Of a stretch of 64,000 bases of DNA, positions 36,621 to 49,372 are shown piece after piece. Every line of letters starts with the position of its first letter. The first letter of the stretch is position 1. The notes beneath the pieces were generated by a model, which saw nothing but the letters and a program-made list of their open reading frames with translations, searched no databases and had not been told where the DNA came from. The DNA lies in assembly GCF_006345805.1 (NCBI RefSeq), contig NC_043006.1:434001-498000 (forward strand), written 5' to 3'. The position numbers and the translations under genes are program-made. Origin of the DNA: Octopus sinensis (lineage: Eukaryota).

Positions 36621-37335
36621 TAGGCGCAGGAGTGGCTGTGTGGTAAGTAGCTTGCTAACCAACCACATGACTCCGGGTTCAGTCCCACTGCGTGGCATCT
36701 TGGGCAAGTGTCTTCTGCTATAGCCCCGGGCCGACCAATGCCTTGTGAGTGGATTTGGTAGACGGAAACTGAAAGAAGCCTGTCATATATATGTATATAT
36801 ATATACATTTCGCGACCGTTGCCAGCACCGCCCCGTTTCGTGTCTGTTGCCAGCCTCGCCTGGCCCTCGTGCCGGTGGCACATAAAAAGCACCATCCGTT
36901 CGCGGCCGTTTGCCATCTCTGTCTGGCACCTGTGCAGGTGGCACGTAAAAAGCACCCACTACACTCACGGAGTGGTTGGTGTTAGGAAGGGCATCCAGCC
37001 GTAGAAACACTGCCAGATTTGACTGGGCCTGATGAAGCCTTCTGGCTTCACAGACCCCAGTAGAACCGTCCAACCCATGCTAGCATGGAAAACGGACGCT
37101 AAACGACGATGATGATGATGATGATGATGTATGTGTGTGTGTGTTTGTCCCCCTAGCATCGCTTGACAACCGATGCTGGTGTGTTTACGTCCCCATCACT
37201 TAGCGGTTCGGCAAAAGAGACCGATAGAATAAGTACTGGGATACAAAGAATAAGTCCCGGGGTCGATTTGCTCGACTAAAGGCGGTGCTCCAGCATGGCC
37301 GCAGTCAAATGACTGAAACAAGTAAAAGAGTATAA
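36621..37335 (+). mobile_element. SINE split by an RTE 3' tail (about 36808-37128) inserted in its internal microsatellite
   Basis: SINE 5' half to about 36800, RTE UTR ending in (GAT)n, then the SINE 3' half from about 37130. Confidence 0.85.
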
Positions 37336-37579
37336 GAGAGAGATGTGTTTTTTGTCAGCTGAGCCTGCAACACCAACCTGAAGACAAGGTTTTTTTAGTA
37401 TGATTTTCCACATTGAGATCTGGTCAGTTTGCTTGTATTCTCGATCAGTCTGGACACTGGAATTCCTAAGAATGGTAACCTCGACTTTCTGGGCAACTTG
37501 TGTTGTTTTGTGTTCCCACCAGTTGTTCTTGTGAGGGAGGTTTTATGTGTGGCATATTAACCAGTCGATGTAAAAACTC

Positions 37580-37895
37580 CCTTTGGCCATGAATGACCAT
37601 GAGATTGCGCCTTGAAAGTTTCCCTCTGAGGGACAAGTCCAGGCAAAGTCGTTTATGGAAGTCCAGCAGTTGTGTGTGCATACCGGCCTCCCCTCTCTAT
37701 GCCACCGATGTTATCCAAAGGAAAGGCAAACTCTGATACAGCTTGGCACCAGTGATGTTGCAACTCATTTCTACAGCTGAGTGAACTGTAGCAAAGTGAA
37801 ATAAAGTGTCTTGCTCAAGAACACAACACGCAGCCCAGTCCAAGAATCAAACTCACTACCCCATGATTGTGAGCCCGACACTCTGACCACTGAGC
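37580..37895 (-). mobile_element. tRNA-derived SINE (family of 39490, 41415, 48265)
   Basis: Shared body CAGCTGAGTGAACTG..GAAATAAAGTGTCTTGC. Confidence 0.75.
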
Positions 37896-37911
37896 TATAT
37901 TATTAGGAAAT

Positions 37912-38300
37912 GATACATACACACATGCATACACACACACACATACATATACATACATACACAAATACATACATACATACACACACAAACATGCATGCAT
38001 ACATACATACATGCATACATACATACATACATACATACATGCATACATACATGCATGCATGCATACACACATACACACATACATACACACATACATACAC
38101 ACATACATACATACATACACACATACACACACACATACACACACACATACACACACACACATACATACATACATACATACACACATACATACACACATAC
38201 ACATACACACATACATACACACACACACACATACACACATACATACATACACATACATACACACATACATACACACATACATACATACACACATACATAG
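37912..38300. repeat. (CATA)n/(CA)n microsatellite
   Basis: Direct inspection. Confidence 0.95.
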
Positions 38301-38635
38301 GTATAGTACGTACAAACTACTTGATAGGGTGGTAATTTCTTCATCAATTTCTGACTCGACTTTCATGCTTTAATACTATATTCTTGACAAAACACTTAAA
38401 ACTCTCAATGGCTCAGTCCACTAAAGCGTAAGTAGGTACAACAGAAGAATTCAGTTAAACATTGTTAGCAGCAGCAGCACCACCACCACCACACATAATT
38501 CATAAGTGCTTTGTGCTGATGGTTTTATCTTTTTTCTGCCTGTTTTATCAGGATTATACTAGTCAGGCTGCCTTCAGTACTTTGTATCCAGTAGAAAACT
38601 TCACTGATACTCCAACAGTCAAAACTGTTTTATTC

Positions 38636-38694
<59 letters not shown>

Positions 38695-39489
38695 GTGTGT
38701 GTGTATATAAATATATAAACAATATTTTATAATTATGAATATAATTTGCTTTACCACATACCAAACTTCAGCAAATCTTTGCTGAACCCTAATTATAATT
38801 ATATTCGTAATTATAAAATATTGTTTAAGTTTACCAAAAAATGATCCTTTTATCATGCCGAATTCTACTTGGTGGAATTATTAATTACTAGTTAATTAAT
38901 TAATTTTACCCTTTATTATTATTATTGATTATATAAATATATATCTATATCTATATATTATTGTGTCTGGAGAGAGTCATTTTCTTTTACTGGGTTATTA
39001 TTTAACACACTCACCGGTTCGATTTCCACTCATTTAGTTATTTTTTCTAAAATTTTCATTGCATCTTGCATGAAAGGATGATGTTAAATGATGATGATGA
39101 TGATATGCATACACACACACACACACATGCGTGTGTGCATGCCTTGCCAAAGCAGACACTGGGTCACACTGTAGTACTTGCATTCTGCCAATCTGAACAG
39201 TTCATGCCAGCATAGAACATTCACCTTAGATGATGACCTATGATCTCTCTCTCTCTCTCACACACTCACACACACACACACACACACACGAAGAGGATAA
39301 AGCAGTGTTATGTCATGCTGCCTCTACTGAAATTGCTATCAATTCCAGTTGACAACAGATAAAGCAATTAAGAACATGAAGGTAGGGTAAGCTGCATTAA
39401 GGATAGTCACTGAGGTAATATTCAAAATACCTGGTGAAGTGGGATAAATAAAGAGTAAAGGGTAACCCCCCCCCCACACACACACACAC

Positions 39490-39805
39490 TTCGGTCATAA
39501 ATGACCATGGGGTTGAACCTAGAAAGTTACCATCTGAGGCACAAGTTTGGGCAAGGTTGTTTGTGGAAGACCAGCAGTCACCCATGCATACTGGCCTCCC
39601 CTCTCTATACCACCGATGTTATCCAAAGGAAAGGCAAAGGGGCCGATACAGCTTGGCCCCATTGAAGTCACAACCCATTTCTACAGCTGAGTGAACTGGA
39701 GTAAAGTGAAATAAAGTGTCTTGCTCAAGAGCACAACACACAGCCTGGTATGGGAATTGAACTTATTACCTCATGATTGTGAGCCTGATACTAACCACTG
39801 AGCTA
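39490..39805 (-). mobile_element. tRNA-derived SINE
   Basis: Aligns with 37580-37895 and 48265-48600. Confidence 0.75.
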
Positions 39806-39859
39806 TATTATTAGGAAATGAATAAAGAAAATTGTTAAACTATATGATGTGTTATAAAA

Positions 39860-40250
39860 GTGTGTGGTAAGTAGCTTGCTTACGAACCACATGGTTCCGG
39901 GTTCAGTCCCACTGCGTGGCACCTTGGACAAGTGTCTTCTACTACAGCCTTGGGCCGACCAAAGCCTTGTGAGTGGATTTGGTGGATGGAAACTGAAAGA
40001 AGCCCATCGTATATATGTATATATATGTGTATATGTGTGTGTGTATATGTTTGTGTGTCTGTTTGTCCCCCCCAACATCACTTGCCAACCAATGCTGGTG
40101 TGTTCACATCTCCGTAACCTAGTGGTTTGGCAAATGAGACCGATAGAATAAGTACTAGGCTTACAAAGAATAAGTCCTGGGGTCGATTTGCTCCACTAAA
40201 GGCAGTGCTCCAGCATGGCCACAATCAAATGACTGAAACAAGTAAAAGAG
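39860..40250 (+). mobile_element. tRNA-derived SINE with internal microsatellite
   Basis: Aligns with the 36621-37335 halves. Confidence 0.8.
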
Positions 40251-41414
40251 TAGAGAATATCTTGCACATAATTTTTAACAACAAAATCATAAATGGACCT
40301 CCAAGGACTATATCACCCTGGTTGAGAACCCCAGCTTTAGAGTAAGGAATTATCAAAGCATCAAATTACTGGACTAGTATAGAGACAGTCTTTGTATCAA
40401 TACTATCTTAAGATATTGGCACTCATTGCAATTTCCCAGGGGCTTCACAGGTGTGTGTGTGGGGGGGTCCAATCTGATCTATGTAATGTTGGTGGTTTGT
40501 TGTCAATGTATAAATATTATAGGGCCCAGCGTATTGATTTGCTCAGGTGCCTATTATGCTGCTAAGACAGCACTGTTAGTAAAGAACAGAGTTAGTTTAG
40601 ATAAGAAGCAGTTGGCCTTTATGCCTTGAAGAGGTACCACAGATGCTGTCTTCCTCGTCAGAGAATTGCTGGATGAATACTAAGCTAAGAGTAAACCATT
40701 GCACTTGGCATTTGACGACGCTGAACACCTCCCCACATACCCTTTCCATCAAGTTCTTGTTCGTTCCACTCTCTCAATCATTCTGGTCCCTCTGGTGTCA
40801 TTATTCACTGTCTGTCTGTCTCTTGTTTCTCTCCTCAACCACCCGAGTAAATTTACATACTCTAGGCACTGAATACTCCCTGTACTCCCTTACTCTCACC
40901 TCTCAAATATCAATTCCTGGCCTTTCTTTTCTCATTATTCCATCACCTTTTCCACTTCAGTTTATATGCTTTAGGCGACTGAGTATACTCTTCTCATATT
41001 TACATCCCAAAAGGATGAAAGGTGAAGTCAACCTCAGCGGAATTTGAACTAAGAACAAGACGATAGACAAAAGGCTGCAAAGCATTTTGCCCAATGTGCT
41101 AATGATTCTGCCAGGTCGCCGCCTTAAATAATAATAATAATAATAATAGTTCTTTTTACTTTAGGTATAAGGCCTGAAATTTTTTTGTGGGGAGGGGATA
41201 AGTCATTTACATCAACCCCAGTGCATAACTGATACTCATTTCATTGACCCTGAAAAGATGAAAGTTGACCTTGGCAGAATTTGAACTCAGAACATAAAGA
41301 TGAATGAAATGCCATTAAGCATTTCGCCTGGTGTGCTAACGATTCTGCCAGCTTGCCACCTTCAATAATAACAATAATAATAGTAATAATAATAATAATA
41401 ATAGTAATAATGAT

Positions 41415-41740
41415 ATGGCTCAGTGGTTACAGCATCGAACTTATGATTTTGAGGTTGTGAGTTCGATTCCTGGACCGGGCTGTATGTTGTGTTCTTGAGC
41501 ATGACACATTATTTCATGTTGCTCCAGTTCATTCAGCTGTAGAAATGAGTTGCAACATCACTGGTGCCAAACTGTATTGGTCCCTTTGCTTTTGCCTTGG
41601 ATAAAATCAGTGGCATGGAGAGGGTAGGCCAGTATGCATGGGCGACTGCTGGTCTTCCATAAACAACCTTGCCCAGACTTGTGCCTGGGAAGGTAACTTT
41701 CTAGGTGCAAACCCATGGTCTGTCGTGACCAAAGGGGGTC
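41415..41740 (+). mobile_element. tRNA-derived SINE
   Basis: TGGCTCAGTGGTTACAGC..GAGTTCGATTCC head. Inverted relative to 48265-48600. Confidence 0.8.
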
Positions 41741-42589
41741 TCAATAATAATAATGGTTTCAAATTTTGCCACAAGGGCAACATTCTTGGGGAGGGGATGA
41801 GTTGGTTACATTGACCCCAGTGTTCAACTGATACTTATTTTATTGACCCCCAAAGAGATGAAAAGCTAAGTCAACCTTGGCGGAATTTGAACTCAGAAAA
41901 GTATTTTGCCCAGCATCCTAATAATTCTGCCAGCTCACTACTGCCTTAATAATAATAAAATGTAATATAATCATCATCATCATCATCATCGTTTAACGTC
42001 TGCTTTCCATGCTGGTATGGGTTGGACGATTTGACTGAGGGCTGGCGAACCAGATGGCCACACCAGGCTCCAATCTTGATCTGGCAGAGTTTTTACAGCT
42101 GGATACCCTTCCTAATGCCAACCACTCCGAGAATGTAGTGGGTGCTTTTTACGTGCCATTTTTTACAATACCATTTGTTAACAGAGTGGATATCATAGAA
42201 ATTAAAACAATTGAGAAATGTTCAGTCTGAGTTGGAGAGATGAATGAATCTGGGAGACTGAGATGACAGTTCTTACTTTGGTAATTGGTGCTCTTGGTAC
42301 AACATCCAAGACCATCTTTAAGGCTGGAGGATATCGAAACTGTGACTTGCTTTGGTGACCTGCAAAAAGTTAGGGACTCCCCTGTTTAGCTGACCTAATT
42401 AGAGGTTCCCCTTCTTACATTACCTAATTAGGTTGTGATGATCCCCTGTGCATCTTCTACGGATGACAGCCTTGTTCTTTGTCAGATTGCCCGTGATGGT
42501 TCAATGGTAATTATTGTTTTACACTTAGTACAGTATATGATATTCCCACTTATTTCTATCCTCAACATCAAGTATAATTTCCCAGATAG

Positions 42590-42640
42590 CCTTAGAGCTG
42601 TGTAGTAGTTGGTGATATTACCACTACACTCATCAGAGGA
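42590..42640 (-). ncRNA. Probable dead hammerhead remnant (GAAAC deleted)
   Basis: TCCT-CTGATGA-GTGTAG..CTACAC-[no GAAAC]-AGCT-CTA-AGG. Layout otherwise mirrors the HHR at 1969. Confidence 0.35.
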
Positions 42641-42954
42641 AATGACATTTTTCTTTATTACCTCGGATACCTATGTGGGTGACTACTTCATCGGATATTC
42701 CCATCTTTTCATTGTCCGTTCTCTGATGGCCTGGCTGCCCTGCTCAGCCTTCCTCCTTAACTCTTTAGCATTTCTCTTTAGATTTCTCTCTCATATGTTA
42801 TGCTTATTTATTCACATTTTTTAAAAATTAATCATGAATTATCTTGTAACTTCAAGATTTTGATGTTGTGATTATTTATTTTTAAAGTGACATTGTACAA
42901 TAGGTATAAGAGGCCAGATGTGGCCAGTTTCAGCATAAAACAGGTGGAATATTT

Positions 42955-43128
42955 AGGCCCCCATGTTTACGGCATTCGCCACTGGAATAAGGTGTGGTTG
43001 GAGATCACGCGGTCATTAGCCTTAAATCGCCAGGCCTGGTCAGCATTTGTGAGAGATGCAGCATTGAGGATGAACGAAGCCAGCTCAACCCACCCCGGGT
43101 GAATGCTGTCTCAAGTCAAAGTCAAGTC
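42955..43128 (+). mobile_element. 174-bp RTE 3' end with 7-bp TSD, inserted in a TTAA-type MITE
   Basis: AATATTT at 42948-42954 and 43129-43135. Translation LALNRQAWSAFVRDA..THPG*; tail CAAGT repeats. Flanks match the MITE at 62179. Confidence 0.82.
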
Positions 43129-43494
43129 AATATTTTGGCTGGATACAACCAGTTTTAAACGCTAAGGGGTTCAACTTAAAATGGTTGGTCCCTCTCTGTT
43201 TGATCTATATGTAATGGTCCTTGTCTCTACCATACAAACCCACCATACATCCTTGCACAGAAGCATTTCTATGCCTCCTTTCTTTCAGTACCAGTAAAGG
43301 GAAGAGCACCATTGTCCTTCTATACACACTGTTCACCAATGATGTCATTCATCACAACACGTTACTTATCTGAAACACCTCGTTCCACTAATCCTAATTT
43401 CACAGAACTTTGACAAACTTTTTACTTTCTGCTTTTCTCATTCTTAACTATAACAATTGTTTAGCTTCTCTTCTTGTTACCTAATATTTATTTC

Positions 43495-43725
43495 TTTACT
43501 ACCCACAAGGAGCTAAACACAGAGGGGACAAGCAAGGACAAGCAAGGACAGACAAACGGATTAAGTCCATTATATCGACCCCAGTGCGTAACTGGTACTT
43601 AATTTATCGACCCCGAAAGGATAAGTCGACCTCGGCGGAATTTGAACTCAGAACGTAATGGTAGACGAAATATGGCTACGCATTTCGCCCGGCGTACTAA
43701 CGGTTCTGCCAACTCGTCGCCTTGT
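43495..43725 (-). mobile_element. SINE (GGCGAGCTGGCAGAA family)
   Basis: Reverse complement of the 22617/35266 family. Confidence 0.85.
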
Positions 43726-43899
43726 TACCTAATATTGTTCATTGCTCCCTCTTCTACAAATATGCATATATATACATACCGACAAACATGCAAATGCGTA
43801 TACATATATGAGGTTGGGAAGGAGATGGGGATAAGCACTATAACTAGCAACCACCACCACCACCAATTACCTAAAAAGCAGATGAATGCTTTTGACCAA

Positions 43900-43930
<31 letters not shown>

Positions 43931-44349
43931 TAGGAAACAGCAAAAGTGTAAGAGAGAGCAGAAGAGAGATGGTGTAGTGCTAGGGTGTACTCACAAGTAA
44001 CAAGAATATGAGCATAGAATCCGGCTAGAAAGACAGGGTTGGGGAGCAGCGATACAGTGAGCGGGGCAGTGAGGGCAAGAAAGGGGATTGGAAAACAATT
44101 GTAGTTTATGAAGAGGAAACGTGAGGAAGAGAAAGATGCAGTTTAGAAGAGGAGTTGTAGTTTGGTTTCTTGGGGCAGAATGGGTGAAAAGTGTATTGTT
44201 AGATGTGGGTGGGACACAACTCTTCCAGCACCCAGTTTTGTGGATGGGTCTTTTCTAGAACCTCATATTACCAAATATCTTGGTCCATTGTCATTTTCTC
44301 ACTTTAAATCTTTTATATTTATTCAATGTACTTTCACTTTCATTTCCAG

Positions 44350-44524
44350 TGCAAAATTCTGGTCCAAGCTTGCAAGAATAACCACAAGGATGTTGTCAAC
44401 CTTCTCTTCCACAAGGGAGTGATGTTGTCTAAGCAGAGTATTTGCTCAGAAGATTCTTGTTTCTACCAGGCTACAATCAATGGTCATGTAAATATCTTGA
44501 AACAACTTATTAAGTTTGACCATG
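44350..44524 (+). CDS. LRRK1: Coding exon B, ankyrin repeats, LRRK1-like gene
   Basis: TTTCCAG|TGC..CATG|GTAGGT. Reads CKILVQACKNNHKDVVNLLFHKG..FYQATINGHVNILKQLI. Phase 0 in, phase 1 out. Confidence 0.82.
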
Positions 44525-44571
44525 GTAGGTCCAATACATTATTTTTATTATTATTATTATTATTATTATTT

Positions 44572-45597
44572 ATGCTTGACTTTTGCTTTACATTTGTACA
44601 AGTTGGCTCCAAGTCTCACCAAGAGACCTCAAGAGTCAAGAAGTTAGAAGTTCATGTTGGTGTTGTGCCAAGGGTGTCATATATTTGGTTTTGCACATAG
44701 TATTGTTCTAGAGAATGTTTAAGAAACCATAAGAAAATTATGAGTTTGTTAAATTTGAGATTACATAGACAGTATTTTGCGTAGGATATGGGCAGTTCCC
44801 ATGAGCACTATCTTTTGAATTTCTGCCATTTTGGGGTTTCCTGTTATCTGAGCTAGGTAGCTATCAGCCCCTTTTGCTATCATTCCCAGGGCACCTATTA
44901 CAACAGGTTTTGTTTTAGTCTTCAGATTCCACATTTTGCTGATTTCTATTTCAAGATCTTTATATTTGCTCAGTTTCTGGTAGGTCTTGACAGATACGTT
45001 TATATCGATTGGGACAGTCATATCAATGAGGAAGCATGTTCTTTGTCTGAAGTCTTTCAATATAATGTCTGGCCTATTTGCATCTATCTTTCTGTCAGTT
45101 TGAATGGTGAAGTTCCAGAGGAGTGAGATAGGATCATTTTCAAGCACTGGAGGAGGTTTGTGTTCCCACCAATTTTTATCATGGCGCAGGTCCAAGTTTT
45201 TTCAAATTATCCAGTGAATATATTGTGCAGCTCTATCATGCCTGTTGAGATACTCTGTAGGCGCAAGAAGACTGCATATGGAGACAACATGATCAATGGT
45301 TTCATTTTGTTGATGACATACACGACATGTTGGGCTACTGCCATTCTTTAATATGTTGGCCTGGTAGTTCCTTGTAGGTAGGCATTGATCTTGGGCTGCT
45401 ATGATAAATCCTTCTGTTTCTGATTTTAAAGCTAGAGGCCATTAACCATTGATGGGTGAGGGCTTTGTCAACATCTGCATTATTAGCTCTCTTTGAGTAT
45501 TTACCATTGAGAGGTTTTTCTTGTCATTTATCAGTAAGAATATTTAAGGCAGCAGTTTTAGCATGGGTTTTCATGCACTTAGCTTTTTCTGTGCTAG
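44572..45597 (-). mobile_element. R4/Dong-clade LINE 3' portion flanked on both sides by (TAA)n
   Basis: ANRPDIILKD..LIDMTVP..KLSKYKDL..IQKIVLMGTAHILRKILSM*. (TTA)n at 44538-44571 and 45598-45616. Confidence 0.9.
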
Positions 45598-45840
45598 TTA
45601 TTATTATTATTATTATGATGATGATGGCAGTAAGATGTTCTGAGTTCAAGTTCTGCTGAGTTCAACTTTGCCTTTCATCCTTCTGGGATCGATAGAATAA
45701 GTACCTGTTGAGCATTGGGGTTGATGTAATCAACTATCCCCCTCCTCTCAAATTTCAGGCCTTGCGCCTATAGTAGAAAGGATTATTATTATTATTATTA
45801 TTATTATTATTTTTATTAATAAATAAAAGTCCTCAGTCCT

Positions 45841-46525
45841 CAGCCCACTCCTATTTGTCACACTTCTCCAGGCAATAACGGAGGAATTCAAGGCAGGATG
45901 CCCCTGGGAGCTCCTCTATGCTGATGACCTTGCTCTAATTGCTGAGTCACTATCAGAACTAGAGGCAAAGTTTCAAGTATGGAGACAAGGATTAGAATCG
46001 AAGGGCCTTAGAGTCAATCTAGCTAAAACCAAAGTCCTAATAAGTAGGAAGGTAGACAAATCACAAACGCCTTCAGGTAGATGGCCCTGCTCGATCTGTA
46101 GAAAAGGCGTAGGTAGAAACTCTATAAGATGCACCAAGTGTAAGCTATGGACACATAAGAGATGCAGCAATGTCTAAGGAATGCTAACTGGGAAGATAGT
46201 TTTTGTATGTGGCAGATGCTCAGGAGCAATAAACACTGAAAATGCTCTGAGACCAACTTCCGCCACATTCCAGGGAGAAAAACTAGAAGTAGTTGATAGC
46301 TTCCGTTACCTAGGTGACCAAGTCAGTAGTGGGTGTGGGTTAGAGTTAGGGTAAAAAGCACCCACTACACTCACGGAGTGGTTGGCGTTAGGAAAGGCAT
46401 CCAGCCGTAGAAACATTGCCAGATCAGACTGGGCCTGGTGCAGCCTTCTGGCTTCCCAGACCCCAGTTGAACTGTCCAACCTATGCTAGCATGTAAAGCG
46501 AATGCTAAACGATGATGATGATGAT
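45841..46525 (+). mobile_element. Internally deleted RTE fragment
   Basis: GCPWELLYADD..GRWPCSICRKGVGRNS..DSFRYLGDQ joined directly to the 3' UTR and (GAT)n. Confidence 0.88.
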
Positions 46526-46929
46526 TAAAGGGGGTGAGGTGGCAGAATTGTTAGCATGCTGGGTGAAGTGCTAAGCAGCATGTCGCCTGTATCTATGCTC
46601 TGAGTTTAAATTCTGCCGAGGTGGACTTTGCCTCTCTATCCTCCCTGTATGGTCTATATACTAAGTATTCATCCCCTAACCACACTTTTTGTTTGTTCCT
46701 GATACAAACCAAAAAACAATGTCTTGAAGACACACAATGGGACAATAAAACCTTTGATACAAATCTGAAGTGCCTCATGCCTCTCTAATGTCTAAAACTG
46801 CAGACATTACATAAATTTCCACTTCAAATTTTTGTGTAAACTGGCATTGCAAGCAGAGTTGGTACAGGTACAATTGCAACGAATCATTAAAGGTGTGTTA
46901 AAGAATTTCTTTGTTTTCTTATTATTTAG

Positions 46930-46967
<38 letters not shown>

Positions 46968-47202
46968 GGGAGAGTTCATGAAAATAACAAAAGACGAAAA
47001 CAGGTGGTGTTGACAACAAACAGATGTATTAGTATAATGCTCAGGAATAGAAAAAGTCTTTTACATTTCGAGCCTACGCTCTTCTACAGAAAGGGACACA
47101 GAAAAGAAACAAAGAGAGAAAAAAATGTATGTAGTGGCTACTGATCTATCATGGCGATATATATATATATATATATATTCATTCATAAATTCATCATTTA
47201 GC

Positions 47203-47248
<46 letters not shown>

Positions 47249-47289
47249 ATGAATTATATAGATTGCATAAATCCTTTTATTTTTTGCAG

Positions 47290-47481
47290 ACACATTGTGT
47301 AATAAAAGTGTACAGAAAACCCTGCTTTTAGCTGCTTGTATTGGAGGCCATTTAGAAGCTGTGAAATTCTGGTCTGTGTTCTATAAACTACCAACTTCCC
47401 AACAGACATCCACCTCTTCAGAGTGTTCTAGTGTCACTGTTAACCAAAATGAAATGGACCCACTTTACATAGCATGTAAAG
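47290..47481 (+). CDS. LRRK1: Coding exon C, ankyrin repeats, LRRK1-like gene
   Basis: TTTTGCAG|AC..AAAG|GTTTGT. Reads TLLLAACIGGHLEAVKFW..MDPLYIACK. Phase 1 in, phase 1 out. Confidence 0.82.
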
Positions 47482-48224
47482 GTTTGTACTATTTCCACCA
47501 TTCAATATTTGTAACAAAATTTGCGGTTTGGTTGTTGTCTTTTGTTTCCTGTATAGCCCCAGGCATAGCTGTGTGGTTACAAAGCTTGCTTCCCAGCCAT
47601 GTAATCAATCTGGTTGTCTAGAACCTTGGGCATGTGTCCTCTATTATAGCCCTGGGTCGACCAAAGCCTTGTGAATGGATTTGGTATATGGAAACTGAAA
47701 GAAACAAGTTATAACTTAGCAGTTCAGCAAAGATGACCAATAAAATAAGTACCAAACTTAAAAAAAGGCATAATTACTGAGGTTGATTTGTTTGACTCAA
47801 TTCATTCAAGTGCTCCAATATGGCCACAATCCATTGATTGAAACAAGTAAAAGATAAAAGACGAACACACACATGCACACACACAGACACACACACACAC
47901 ACAACACAAAGAAAGAGAGAGACAGACAGACAGACGGAGTAGTATAAGATATGAATTCAGAGAAGCTTTCGGTTATCACGGTAACCTCCTTTTCTGGACT
48001 CTGCCCCTGTAGTTATCAATAATAAAGTAATGCAAACTTGTACACATAATTTCTTGAAATACTGAAATGAATACCAAATGAAGAAAGCTGTGAAATGGCT
48101 GTGATCCCGTAGAAGTTATATACGGTTAAATAAACATTTATTCACCTCTCAAACCTCCGAACATTTACAATTTCATATATATGTGTGTGTATGCGTGTGT
48201 GTATACATGCATACATGTGTATAT

Positions 48225-48257
<33 letters not shown>

Positions 48258-48264
48258 AAAAAAA

Positions 48265-48600
48265 GGGTAAAGACCCCCTTCGGTCATGAATGACCATGGG
48301 ATTGCACCTAGAAAGTTACCCTCCTAGACACAAGTCCGGGCAAGGTTGTTTATGGAAGGCCAGCAGTCGCCCATGCATACCAGCCTCCCCTCTCCACGCC
48401 ACCAGTGTTATCCAAGGGAAAGACAAAGGTCGATACAGCTTGGCACCAGTGACGTCGCAACTCATTTCTACAGCTGAGTGAACTGGAGCAACGTGAAATA
48501 AAGTGCCTTGCACGAGAACACAACACGCAGCCCGGTCCGGGATTCGAGCTCACAACCTCACGATCGTAAGCTCGACGCTCTAACCACTGAGCCATGCGCC
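48265..48600 (-). mobile_element. tRNA-derived SINE, well preserved
   Basis: Minus head GGCGCATGGCTCAGTGGTTAGAGCGTCGAGCTTACGATCGTGAGGTTGTGAGCTCGAATCCCGG. Confidence 0.85.
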
Positions 48601-48604
48601 TTCA

Positions 48605-48770
48605 CATATATATATATATATATATATATATCATATATAGATATATATATATATATAATAAATATATATATATATAATAATAATATATATATATATATCA
48701 TAATAAATATTATATATATATATATAGATATATATATATATAATAAATATATATATATATAATAAATATA

Positions 48771-48827
<57 letters not shown>

Positions 48828-48835
48828 TATATATA

Positions 48836-48877
<42 letters not shown>

Positions 48878-48878
48878 A

Positions 48879-48912
<34 letters not shown>

Positions 48913-49018
48913 ATAAATATATATATAATAAATATATATATATATATATATAATAAATATATATATTATATATATATAATAAATATATATATATATATAT
49001 ATAATAATATATATATAT

Positions 49019-49056
<38 letters not shown>

Positions 49057-49165
49057 AATATATATATATAATATATAATAAATATATATATAATATATAA
49101 TAAATATATATATATATTATAATATATATATATATATATAATCAATATATATTATATATAAATAT
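48605..49165. repeat. Almost pure A/T (TA)n/(TAA) tract
   Basis: Direct inspection. Confidence 0.95.
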
Positions 49166-49328
49166 TAGGGAATGAATCCAAAATTACAGGAAAAATCAGA
49201 TTTAGGGTTAAATCCAATTTTATAGTAAAATATTATATAATATAATTCGAGACAAAACCACTATTTTAAAACCAAACAAGGAAAGACTTAATCAATACAT
49301 AAAATTTTTATATAAATTAAATAAACCG

Positions 49329-49372
49329 CCACTACAAATGTTTCATGTCTGCTACCGACAATCTTCAGGTGG
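49329..49372 (-). ncRNA. Minimal type-I hammerhead motif (left arm)
   Basis: Reverse complement of 52017-52060. Confidence 0.72.

Noticed and set aside
37029-37050. CTGATGA followed by the AGCC/GGCT hairpin
   Set aside because: Chance mutation of the RTE tail sequence CTGGTGCAGCC; no GAAA follows.
48530-48600. tRNA genes (also about 18140, 33646, 41415, 62910)
   Set aside because: A/B boxes are present, but there is no complete acceptor stem and each continues into a SINE body.
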